From positions 438,880 through 502,879 of the forward strand of contig CBDBDT010000001.1 of NCBI GenBank assembly GCA_965203975.1: a stretch of 64,000 nt of DNA. Direction: 5' to 3'. The notes under the pieces were generated by a model. The model was not told the DNA's origin, ran no database searches, and saw only the letters and a list, made by a program, of their open reading frames with translations. A program made the position numbers and the translations under genes. Below, one piece after another: positions 48,230-57,243 of the stretch; the stretch's first letter is position 1; every line of letters begins with the position of its first letter. Source of the stretch: Dehalococcoidia bacterium (GTDB taxonomy: Bacteria > Chloroflexota > Dehalococcoidia > Lucifugimonadales > UBA3495).

Positions 48230-49015
48230 CTATCTTTTCCTTGCCACGAACACCAATGGCCCGGGACCGGTTGTCCCATGTGGGTTCTGGTCGAAGTCGC
48301 CGTACAGGGCTTCGACCTCGAAACCGCAACGTTCAAGAAGATGCTCGGCCTCGTGACGGAACAGGTATCGCTGTTGGAAGGAATGAAGCACCTGCTCTTT
48401 GCCTCCATCGGGATATACGACGTCCAGAATCAACTCGCTCTCGATCCTCTGGTTTCGTAAATCGACGGATTTGTTCCTGTGCCTGAGTTCGATAGTGCTA
48501 CCTGTGGGAAGCCCGAATCCTTGGGGTTGCCCTTCCTCGGCGAATCCAGGCCTGGCAATCCTTGGGATGTCCGGTTCGAATACCTCGAAGGCAAACCTGC
48601 CGCCCGGCCCCAGGTGTTCATGCGTGCAGTCCAGACACGACAACTGCTCTTCCGCCGACAGCAGGTGCAAAAAGGAGTTGAAGGGACAGATAACCAGTCC
48701 GAACCGGTTCTCCAGTTGAAAGGATTGCATCCGGCCTTGGACCAACTCGACCTTATCACGCACCTCCCGAGGCTCCTTTTCCAGGGCTTCCCGGCACGGG
48801 CGAATCATATGCTCCGAACTTTCCAGCCCGAATACCGGCTTCCCCGACCTTGCAATGGGTATGAGAGCCCGGCCCGTTCCACTGGCGAGTTCCAATACGG
48901 GACCGTTGGACTCCGCGGCTAGCCTTGTGTAGAACGCAACGTCAGGACGATTCTGGTGGCTCGGAATCGCGTCATAAACCTCGGCTATGAGGGGATGTTC
49001 GATGGAACCCGACAT
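48230..49015 (-). CDS. Class I SAM-dependent methyltransferase
   Basis: It has motif I VLELASGTGR and the post-I acidic residue GLESS. The start is MSGSIEHPLIAEVYD. Confidence 0.85.
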   Translation of the reverse strand: MSGSIEHPLIAEVYDAIPSHQNRPDVAFYTRLAAESNGPVLELASGTGRALIPIARSGKPVFGLESSEHMIRPCREALEKEPREVRDKVELVQGRMQSFQLENRFGLVICPFNSFLHLLSAEEQLSCLDCTHEHLGPGGRFAFEVFEPDIPRIARPGFAEEGQPQGFGLPTGSTIELRHRNKSVDLRNQRIESELILDVVYPDGGKEQVLHSFQQRYLFRHEAEHLLERCGFEVEALYGDFDQNPHGTTGPGPLVFVARKR

Positions 49016-49214
49016 CGCTTGTGCTCCCGAATGTAAGTTGAGTCGCCACCGAGCTAGGCCAAACTCCATTAGCCCAGTCTATCAGGTAAGAACACCACCC
49101 CTGATCACGCCTTACGTTAATCCCACCAATAATTTGCCCGTAGGATTCCTAAGCGCGGGCGAGATGGCATGGCTCCCGCCTTAGTCTAAGCGACGAGAGA
49201 AGGGAGACTGGGCG

Positions 49215-49243
49215 TTGACTGCCAACGAATTAATTGGTATCCT
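49215..49243 (+). promoter_or_regulatory. Sigma-70-like promoter candidate (TTGACT, 17-nt spacer, TATCCT)
   Basis: The hexamers at 49215-49220 and 49238-49243 lie upstream of the inositol-phosphate synthase gene. Confidence 0.3.
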
Positions 49244-49349
49244 CAGCCACTATATAAGGCTGTTTATCACGACACCCCGCAATAAATCGCCTAAAGGAAC
49301 CTGTAATGGCCGCTTTATATGAACAAAAATATTGGTGGGATAGATTCTG

Positions 49350-50858
49350 ATGAACAATGCGCAAAGGATCATCGATCGTTTCGGTGGTCAGTCCTCCCTG
49401 GCCAAGCTCCTGGGAAAGCGGCAGAGCACGGTGCAGCACTGGGCACACACCGGAAGGATCCCGGCCCAGTGGCATGAACTCCTGATGGCGCTGGCGGTCC
49501 AGCGGGGCGTTGGCCTGGAGCCCAAGGACTTTGTGGAGTCCAGCACCGTCGGCATCAGACCGGCCGGAGGCAGGCTCGGCGTGCTGTTGGTGGGGCTGGG
49601 AGCGGTATCCTCCACGTTCATTGCCGGGGTAGAGCACATCAGGCGGGGGACCGGTGTCCCCGTGGGTTCGGTCACGCAACTCGCCACCATCCGCCTGGGC
49701 AAGCGGACCGAGGGCCGGACCCCCCTCATACGAGACTTCGTTCCGTTGGCCGATCTGGAACAGTTGGTCTTCGGGGCCTGGGACCCCATCCCGGACAATG
49801 CCTACGATGCAGCTGTGAAGAGCGGGGTTCTCGACCGCTACCAGGAACTGGAACCCGTGGCAGGCTTTCTGAAGTCGATCGAACCGATGCCGGCGGTGTT
49901 CGTTGATGACTACGTCAAGCGCATCCGGGGCACAAACGTCCGGCCCACTGGCTCCAAGCTGGAGTCCGCGGATGCCATACGGGAAGACATAAGGCGCTTC
50001 AAGGAGCAGAACGACTGCGACCGTCTGGTCATGGTTTGGTGCGCATCGACGGAAAAATTCATCACGGAATCCCAGGTACACCAGGACATCGAGGGGTTCG
50101 TGGGAGGGTTGCAGGACAGCGACGAATACATCGCTCCTTCGATGATCTACGCCTACGCGGCGCTCATGGAGGGCGTACCCTTCATTAACGGTGCACCCAA
50201 CCTGACCGTGGATATCCCCGCTCTGGAGAGACTGGCCCGTGATCAAGGCGTACCGATATGCGGGAAAGACCTGAAGACGGGTCAGACCCTGGTCAAGACG
50301 GTCATCGGCCCAATGCTCAAGGCCAGGATGCTGGGCATGGACGGATGGTTCTCAACGAATATCCTCGGCAACCGGGACGGGGAGGTGTTGGACGAACCCG
50401 AGAACTTCAAGACCAAGGAGGAATCCAAGCTGGGGGTCCTAGAATACCTCCTTCAACCCGAACTCTATCCCGACCTCTACGCCGATGCCTACCACAAGGT
50501 GCGGATCAACTACTATCCTCCCAGGGGTGACAACAAGGAAGGCTGGGACAACATCGACCTGTTCGGCTGGCTGGGGCGGAGGATGCAGCTCAAGGTCAAC
50601 TTCCTATGCTCGGACTCGATCCTGGCGGCCCCGCTGGTGCTGGATCTTGCCCTTTTCATGGACCTGGCGCAGCGTGCTGGAATGGCGGGCATCCAGGAAT
50701 GGCTTTCCTTCTATTTCAAGAGTCCGCAGCATGCGCCGACGGTCTATCCGGAGCACGACCTGTTCATCCAGCAGACCAAGCTTAAGAACACCCTAAGGTG
50801 GCTCATGGGCGAGGACCAGATCACCCACCTGGGGATGGAATACTACCGTGGGGACTGA
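49350..50858 (+). CDS. ino1: myo-Inositol-1-phosphate (inositol-3-phosphate) synthase with an extra N-terminal HTH-like domain
   Basis: The core has LVGLGAVSSTFIAG (NAD-binding), INGAPNL and STNILGNRDGE. The first ~65 aa (LAKLLGKRQSTVQHWAHTGRIP) look like a Cro/YdaS-type helix-turn-helix. Confidence 0.85.
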   Translation: MNNAQRIIDRFGGQSSLAKLLGKRQSTVQHWAHTGRIPAQWHELLMALAVQRGVGLEPKDFVESSTVGIRPAGGRLGVLLVGLGAVSSTFIAGVEHIRRGTGVPVGSVTQLATIRLGKRTEGRTPLIRDFVPLADLEQLVFGAWDPIPDNAYDAAVKSGVLDRYQELEPVAGFLKSIEPMPAVFVDDYVKRIRGTNVRPTGSKLESADAIREDIRRFKEQNDCDRLVMVWCASTEKFITESQVHQDIEGFVGGLQDSDEYIAPSMIYAYAALMEGVPFINGAPNLTVDIPALERLARDQGVPICGKDLKTGQTLVKTVIGPMLKARMLGMDGWFSTNILGNRDGEVLDEPENFKTKEESKLGVLEYLLQPELYPDLYADAYHKVRINYYPPRGDNKEGWDNIDLFGWLGRRMQLKVNFLCSDSILAAPLVLDLALFMDLAQRAGMAGIQEWLSFYFKSPQHAPTVYPEHDLFIQQTKLKNTLRWLMGEDQITHLGMEYYRGD

Positions 50859-51148
50859 ACACGTTCAACGTCAGTGCGTTAAGTCTCCCGTGCGGGCACA
50901 CTCGACTCAAGAGTGGTCCGGGGATCGAAAGGGGGACGACTGCCACTTCACGCCCGTCGTCCCTGAGCGGGGCCTATTGATGGCAATCGTGGAACCGAAG
51001 TGTTAAGATTCTGCCCCGCAGAGAGTCACTGCATTGAATTCGCAACTTCTTTGGCGGTTTACGCAGTTCCGCGGATTCCCCGTCGTGGTGCGGCGGGACC
51101 GCCAGGACAGGATAGGCAACCACGGGTTACATCTACGCCCTGAGAGGG

Positions 51149-51901
51149 GTGTTCCTCCAGCAGCTGAAATACGGGATGGACCTGAGCACGGTTATCTTTT
51201 CCCTGGTTACCCACGTTCCCCTGGCCGTTGTTCTCGCGTGGATCGCCGCCCGGGGTTCCGGCACCGTTCCCGCGGATTACCTCTTCATCGGTATCTTCCT
51301 GATGTCGGTGTGGAACTGGATCGCCATCCGGATGGGCTGGTCCCTCACCAGCGAACTCATCGGCGGCACCTTCGACTACACGACGACGTCCCGGACCCCG
51401 CTGGGGATCGTCATCTTCGGGAGGGCGGTGGCCTTGACGGTCGCCAGCATACCCTCGGGCATAGCCCCCATGCTGATGATCCTGTGGGTGTCGGGCCAGG
51501 TGATCCAGGTGGCCGACCCCCTGGCCGTCGTAGCGGCCCTGGTGATGGGGGTGTTCAACGTCATCTCGGTCGCCTTCGTCTTCGCGCCCTTCTTCCTGCT
51601 GGTCCGGGGTCGGGAGGGCCTGTTCAACCTGATCCGTCCCCTGGGAGTGGTGTTCTGCGGGTTCCTGTACCCGGTGACGTTCCTTGCTCCCGGGCTGGAG
51701 GTGGCGGCCCGGTTCCTGCCCGTGTCCTGGGCCATGGACGCGGTGCTGCTGGCCATCGAGTCGGAGGGTGCAACCCTGCAGGCGGTCCAGTACCTGGGGA
51801 TCGCCTTCGTCATCTCCTGCGCCTACCTGGCGGTCTCCCAGCTGTTGCTCCAGCGGGTTGAGTACCGGGTACGGGTGGCCGGCGACCTGGGACGGTTCTA
51901 G
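51149..51901 (+). CDS. ABC-2 type transporter permease
   Basis: It has a GTG start and a hydrophobic six-helix-like profile, and it sits upstream of a DrrA-like ATPase. The start is uncertain. Confidence 0.7.
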   Translation: MFLQQLKYGMDLSTVIFSLVTHVPLAVVLAWIAARGSGTVPADYLFIGIFLMSVWNWIAIRMGWSLTSELIGGTFDYTTTSRTPLGIVIFGRAVALTVASIPSGIAPMLMILWVSGQVIQVADPLAVVAALVMGVFNVISVAFVFAPFFLLVRGREGLFNLIRPLGVVFCGFLYPVTFLAPGLEVAARFLPVSWAMDAVLLAIESEGATLQAVQYLGIAFVISCAYLAVSQLLLQRVEYRVRVAGDLGRF

Positions 51902-51914
51902 TGGGGGAGGCCCG

Positions 51915-52700
51915 GTGACCAACTTCTTGATCCAGTCCTACCTGTCCTACCGGGCGCTGTTCTTCTGGCTGAACTGGCCGGCCTACCTGGGCAACGTGTT
52001 CGTCGTCCCGGTGCTGTACATCGCCATGCTCATGCTGACCGGCAGGTTCGCGGACAGCCACCTGGACTCGGACTTCTATGTGAAGGGAATGGCCGCCTAC
52101 TCGCTGCCCTTCATCATCATCTGGGGCGCCACCCAGTGCTTCTACTATGAGCGGGTGCTGGGAACCCTGGCCGTGGTCTTCGGGTCCTCGGGCAACCGGT
52201 GGCTCATCTACTGGAGCAAGGGCTGTCTCCACTATCCCAACGGAGTGCTGGCAGTGGTCACCAGCATCGTCTTTTCCTGGATATTCATTGGCTTGGAGCT
52301 GTCCGGTGCCAATTGGGTGACCCTAACGGCTTCGATACTGGTGCTGGGGCTCTCCTGCACCGCCTTCGCCTTGTTTGTGAGCGTCTTCACCATAGTGATA
52401 CGGGACTGGCTGATCATCAGCGCCACCGGGTCGGGCCTGCTCATCGTCTTCACCGGAGTGGTGATTCCGACGGAGAACCTGCCCTTCTTCCTGGGGAACA
52501 TCGGGGACATTCTTCCCCTGACCCACGGCGTCGCCGTGTTCCGTGAGGCCTTCCTGGGGAGCGACGTGATATCCCAGGAGCAGGACCTGATCTGGGAGCT
52601 GGCCGTAGGTGCGGCCTACGGCGTTGCGGGGTATCTCCTGTACCGGTTCATCGAGGCCGACGCCAAGCGGCGGGGGGCCTACGAGACATCGAACCTGTGA
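51915..52700 (+). CDS. ABC-2 type transporter permease (second subunit)
   Basis: The GTG start has a GGGGGAGG RBS. It is hydrophobic. The ORF-track start at 51684 overlaps the previous gene and was rejected. Confidence 0.7.
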   Translation: MTNFLIQSYLSYRALFFWLNWPAYLGNVFVVPVLYIAMLMLTGRFADSHLDSDFYVKGMAAYSLPFIIIWGATQCFYYERVLGTLAVVFGSSGNRWLIYWSKGCLHYPNGVLAVVTSIVFSWIFIGLELSGANWVTLTASILVLGLSCTAFALFVSVFTIVIRDWLIISATGSGLLIVFTGVVIPTENLPFFLGNIGDILPLTHGVAVFREAFLGSDVISQEQDLIWELAVGAAYGVAGYLLYRFIEADAKRRGAYETSNL

Positions 52701-52731
52701 CCGGGAAGAAACGGGGAGCGGAGAGCGGAAA

Positions 52732-53700
52732 GTGGACGCAGGCGAAAAAGTAGTCGAATGCTCGGACCTGGGAAGGGTCTACTCCACCCGGGGGATCACA
52801 GGGCGCCGGCGGGAGTTCGTGGCCCTCAAGGACCTGAACCTGGCGATAACCCGGGGGAGCGTCTTCGGGCTGCTGGGGCCCAACGGGGCGGGCAAGACCA
52901 CGACGGTACGTATCCTGTCCACGCTGCTCACCCCCAGCAGCGGGAGCGCCCGGGTCATGGGCTACGATGTCCAGAGCCAGGCCAGGCAGGTGCGGAGGAA
53001 CATCGGGTTCATCCTGGGCGGGGACCGGGGCCTCTATGGCCGGATAACCGGTGAGCAGAACCTGCGGTACTTCGGCGCCCTGAACCACCTGAACCCCCGG
53101 GAATGCCGCCAGAGGTCGGCCCAACTCCTGGAGCGGGTCGGGCTGGCCGAACACGCCAGGACGCCGGTGGAGAACTACTCCAGGGGAATGAAGCAGAGGC
53201 TCCACATCGCCCGTGGGCTCCTCATGGACCCGCCGGTCCTGTTCCTGGACGAACCGACCATCGGGCTGGACCCGATCGGGGCCCAGGAGCTCCGTAACTA
53301 CGTGCCGGAGCTGGCGGCCGAGGGCAAGACCATCCTGCTGACCACCCACTACATGGCCGAAGCCGACATGCTCTGTGACACCATCGCCATCATCAACCGG
53401 GGAGAGCTGGCCGCCATGGGCACCCCCGACGACATCAAGCGCCGGTTCAGCCGGGTTGGGATCGTCGAGGTCCTGGTGAGGAACGCCAGGGGAGGGTTGC
53501 TGGAGGAAGTCTCGGCCATCCAGGGTGTCGAGCACGTGGAGTCCTCCGCCGAAAACGCCTTCCAGAAGCTGACCCTCTCGGTTGCCGCCGGTTTCGACGT
53601 CAGGGACCGGGCAACGGAGGCCGTTGGGCCGGACAACATCGAGAGCATCGTCATGCGGGATCCCACCCTGGAAGAGGCCTACATCAGCATCCTCCGGTAG
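52732..53700 (+). CDS. ABC transporter ATP-binding protein (DrrA/ABC-2 exporter type)
   Basis: It has Walker A GPNGAGKTT, signature YSRGMKQR and Walker B VLFLDEPTIGLD. I chose the GTG start at 52732. Confidence 0.9.
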   Translation: MDAGEKVVECSDLGRVYSTRGITGRRREFVALKDLNLAITRGSVFGLLGPNGAGKTTTVRILSTLLTPSSGSARVMGYDVQSQARQVRRNIGFILGGDRGLYGRITGEQNLRYFGALNHLNPRECRQRSAQLLERVGLAEHARTPVENYSRGMKQRLHIARGLLMDPPVLFLDEPTIGLDPIGAQELRNYVPELAAEGKTILLTTHYMAEADMLCDTIAIINRGELAAMGTPDDIKRRFSRVGIVEVLVRNARGGLLEEVSAIQGVEHVESSAENAFQKLTLSVAAGFDVRDRATEAVGPDNIESIVMRDPTLEEAYISILR

Positions 53701-53712
53701 CTGCCCGGCCTT

Positions 53713-54465
53713 TCATCCGGGGCTGTTGAACAGCCCGGCGATCAGCCAGTCCGATACCCGGCCGGAGAGGTCCGGCAGCACTCGTCGGTTCAGGACCAGG
53801 CCCCAGTGAGATGCCCCCGCCGCCTCCATGTAGTCCGCGGGCAGCGCCATCCCATCGTAGGCCGACCGGGGCCAGTTCCGGTCAGCGCTCCCGGTGACCA
53901 CCAGCAGTGGACAGGGCAACGAGGGAATCACCACGCCGGCCCGGCGCTCGTCCCTGGCGGTCCTGGACTCCGGAGACGCCGATCCCAGGGCAACCAACCG
54001 CTCCTGGGTATCCAGGTCAGGCATCTCCGGCTGATCGCTGGGGTCATCGCTGGTGATGCCGTACTCTTCCGGCCCGAAGGTCCCGCGACGGATTTCCACT
54101 CCGGGGTCCTGCTCCGTTGCCGGAGTGCTGGGGGCCAGGGCCACGCAGGCCCGGGCCAACCCCCTGGCGGCGAACATCAGGGCCACCAGACCGCCCATGC
54201 TCCAGCCCATCACCACCGGGGGTTCCGATAATTCCGAGGCTGCCTCGGCCACGTCATCCGCGTAGTCCATCATGGAAGCCCCATCCACCGAGCCCGGGCT
54301 CAGGCCATGGCCCCGCAGATCGACAGCGTGGCTGCTCCAGCCCAGGCTGGCCAGGGACTCCTGCCAATACTTCCAGACTGAAGCGGAGTTGGCTGCCCCG
54401 TGAACGAGAAGGACCGGGGGGAGGCCGGACGGGCTGGAAGGGTGAACTGTCCTCACATAGATCAT
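53713..54465 (-). CDS. Alpha/beta hydrolase
   Basis: It has VLLVHGAANS and the nucleophile elbow GWSMGG, and is 250 aa. Confidence 0.8.
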   Translation of the reverse strand: MIYVRTVHPSSPSGLPPVLLVHGAANSASVWKYWQESLASLGWSSHAVDLRGHGLSPGSVDGASMMDYADDVAEAASELSEPPVVMGWSMGGLVALMFAARGLARACVALAPSTPATEQDPGVEIRRGTFGPEEYGITSDDPSDQPEMPDLDTQERLVALGSASPESRTARDERRAGVVIPSLPCPLLVVTGSADRNWPRSAYDGMALPADYMEAAGASHWGLVLNRRVLPDLSGRVSDWLIAGLFNSPG

Positions 54466-54501
54466 GCCGGTTTCACTCCCCTTTACGAATCGGGTCCCAC
54501 C

Positions 54502-55218
54502 CTAACTCCGCCCAACCGGCAAGATCAGGTCCAGGACTGTCCGGGTATCCGACAGGTCGGGAAGGACATGGTTGGGATGGCAAGCCGCAAGCTCCTTTAC
54601 GGAAAAGAATCCGGTGGCCACGGCGATGGTTTCGATCCCGTTGGCAGTGCCGGCCTCAACGTCCGAGGGGGTATCTCCCACCAGGAAGACCTCTCCCGTT
54701 CCATAACTCAGTCCGGAGACCCCCTGACAGCGTTCGATGGCGGCGGCCACCACCTGCCGCTTCTCCATGTGATCTCCACCGAACCCGCCTTCCTGGAAGA
54801 AGCCGTCCAGCCCATACCGCCCCAGCTTGATGAAGGCTGCTTCCCGGAAGTTGCCGGTCTCCAGGCCCAGTTGCACCCTGGGATCTGCGTCCAGCGCCGC
54901 CAGCAAATCAGGCGCCCCGGGGCAGATGGAGCCGCCCAACCAGTCGTCCAGGTTCCTGGCCAGACCCTCGAAGTAGGCCGCCTTGAAGGCGGACATATCC
55001 GGCGGGGTTTCCGACTCCCCGGTCATCTGACCCCACTTCCGGTAGACCTCAATCATCAGGGGCAGGTCCATGCCGCCGGTGAAGGGGACGTCATCAAAGG
55101 CATCGGGGATGCCGTGGGCCCGCTCGAAAGCAGCGTTCATCGCCCGCCGCTGCGGGAGGTTTCCCGAGCCGATGCCGATCAGCGTGTTGTCGATGTCGAA
55201 GAGGACCAGGCGCCGCAA
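54502..55218 (-). CDS. HAD family hydrolase
   Basis: It has motif I LFDIDNTL and a C-terminal VGDTPSDV motif. Confidence 0.85.
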   Translation of the reverse strand: MRRLVLFDIDNTLIGIGSGNLPQRRAMNAAFERAHGIPDAFDDVPFTGGMDLPLMIEVYRKWGQMTGESETPPDMSAFKAAYFEGLARNLDDWLGGSICPGAPDLLAALDADPRVQLGLETGNFREAAFIKLGRYGLDGFFQEGGFGGDHMEKRQVVAAAIERCQGVSGLSYGTGEVFLVGDTPSDVEAGTANGIETIAVATGFFSVKELAACHPNHVLPDLSDTRTVLDLILPVGRS

Positions 55219-55413
55219 TGAGCTTTCTCCCGCATTGGCTCAACCGGGCCAGTTTACCACCGGGATTCGACCTGCCGGCCTGAGGTGCAGGCAATGAACG
55301 TTACCCATCGGTTGTTCCTGGCCACTGGCCATGACATCATGTCCAGGTAACGGAGTGGGGGTTGTGGGAGTTAAACCGGATTCCCGACAACTCCTTACGC
55401 TGAAGGCCAGGCT

Positions 55414-56760
55414 GTGATTGCCCGACTGAATAGCCAACTGTCCTGGATGAACCGTGACGCCAGGCTGATAACCGCAGCCCGGGGCACGCGAACCTTCGCC
55501 CAGAGCTTCATTTCCGTCATCATAGCCCTCCACCTGGCCGAACTGGGCTTCAACCTGGTGCAGATCGGGGCCATTCTTACCGTGGGGATTGCCGGGGTTT
55601 CATTCTTCGCATTCGTGGTGGGGCTGGTCAGCGAAAAGGTGGGGCGGAGGCGCCTCCTGATCACCTTTTCCCTCCTGGCGGCGGCTTCCGGGCTGGTGAT
55701 GTACTTCACCGAGACCTTCATCCCCCTGATGGTCATCGCCTTCCTGGGAAGCCTGTCCACCGGCGGCGGGGGTGGCGGGGAGAGCCCGGCCCAACCGCTG
55801 GAAGTCGCCATTCTCCCGGATACCGGGCCGCCCGAGAGGCGCACCGATATTTTTGCCATTTACAGCATCGTAGCTCGCACCGGGACCTTCCTGGGAGCTC
55901 TGGCAGCCGGGCTACCGGTCCTGTTCCAGGATGTCCTTGGACTGTCCGTCCTGGCGTCGTTCAAGGCGATGTTCCTGGGCTTTGCCGTATGCCAGGTTGC
56001 CGGGGCCGCGCTGTACTCCTTCATCTCCCAGGCATCTGAAGCGCCGGCCGCTCGCCAGCAGTGGCAGAACCCGCTGAAGCTCCCGTCCCGTCGGAGAATC
56101 TTTACCCTGACCGGGTTGTTCAGCGTGGACACATTCACGACGTCCATGGTGATGCAGAGCCTGATGGCTTACTGGTTCTACACCAAATTCGGGTTGACGC
56201 TGGACTCCCTGGCGTTGGTGTTTTCCTTGTCCCATCTTCTGACCGCATCTTCCCTGTGGATAGCTGCCAAGATATCGAACAGGATAGGGCTGCTGAACAC
56301 GATGGTTTTCACCCACATCCCTTCCAGCTTCTTCCTGCTGGCCGCAGCCTTCGCTCCCTCGGTCACACTGGCGATAGTGTTTTGGCAATTCCGGGCCTTC
56401 CTCAGCCAGATGGACGTTCCCACCAGGGACTCCTACACCATGGCGGTCATCAACCCCGAAGAACGGGTGGCCATGGTCAGCATAAACATGGTGAGCCGCA
56501 GCGCGGCGGGGGCCATCGGCCCCACGGTGACCACGGCCATCTGGAACATCACCGCCGCATGGACTCCCCTGGTGGGTTCGGCCCTCCTAAAAATTGGCTA
56601 CGATCTTTCTCTCTATTTCATGTTCCGGAACGTCGGCCCCCGGAGGAAGAGGAACGTCTGCGGAACCGTGGGCAGGGTCCCAAGGCATCAGTCCCCGACC
56701 AAGGGCCGTAGAATTCTGTGCTTTTCAAGCCTGGAGAAGGTATGGGTTTGGAACGGATGA
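55414..56760 (+). CDS. MFS transporter
   Basis: It has a GTG start, multiple TM segments and a motif-A-like SEKVGRRRLL. The 3' end is ambiguous because of a C5 run at about 56636-56640. Confidence 0.8.
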   Translation: MIARLNSQLSWMNRDARLITAARGTRTFAQSFISVIIALHLAELGFNLVQIGAILTVGIAGVSFFAFVVGLVSEKVGRRRLLITFSLLAAASGLVMYFTETFIPLMVIAFLGSLSTGGGGGGESPAQPLEVAILPDTGPPERRTDIFAIYSIVARTGTFLGALAAGLPVLFQDVLGLSVLASFKAMFLGFAVCQVAGAALYSFISQASEAPAARQQWQNPLKLPSRRRIFTLTGLFSVDTFTTSMVMQSLMAYWFYTKFGLTLDSLALVFSLSHLLTASSLWIAAKISNRIGLLNTMVFTHIPSSFFLLAAAFAPSVTLAIVFWQFRAFLSQMDVPTRDSYTMAVINPEERVAMVSINMVSRSAAGAIGPTVTTAIWNITAAWTPLVGSALLKIGYDLSLYFMFRNVGPRRKRNVCGTVGRVPRHQSPTKGRRILCFSSLEKVWVWNG

Positions 56761-56842
56761 AGTTCAATGCGAGACCAGGGTTCCGTCCTCGCAAGCGCCA
56801 GTGCCGAACAGGGATCTACGGAAAGGGATCGAACTTAAGGAC

Positions 56843-57202
56843 CTAAGCGTGGCCGGCGTAGCCTTGGAGCCCGGCTAACCATTCACCGTATCCCCGCCCC
56901 CCCAGCGTGGCATCAAGGCTGGTGGGCAGCGCCTCTAGGTCGGGGTGGTCCAGGACAGCCTGGACACACTCCAAGCTCCCGCCCACGTAGGTGTCGCAGA
57001 GGTCGATGTCCGTCGCCACGCACCAGGCCCGGTCCTCGGGCCACCAGACGTTGGGCGAATACCCCCAGAAGGGGAAGCCAGCCTCATCGAGGAATGCCAC
57101 CATTCCTTCCAGAGGATCCTGGAAGAGTAGGTAGTCCCTGCCGCACCCCTTACCACAGGTGAGGAGGAGATAGCGAAAGCATCGATCAAGAACAGGCTCC
57201 AC
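56843..57202 (-). CDS. Hypothetical protein
   Basis: It is a 119-aa ORF with protein-like composition (PNVWWPEDRAWCVATDIDLCDTYVGGS). I did not recognise a family. Confidence 0.4.
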   Translation of the reverse strand: MEPVLDRCFRYLLLTCGKGCGRDYLLFQDPLEGMVAFLDEAGFPFWGYSPNVWWPEDRAWCVATDIDLCDTYVGGSLECVQAVLDHPDLEALPTSLDATLGGRGYGEWLAGLQGYAGHA

Positions 57203-57243
57203 TGACCTTGATAGCCGGGGTTGTCCGCCCTATGATTGGCGGT

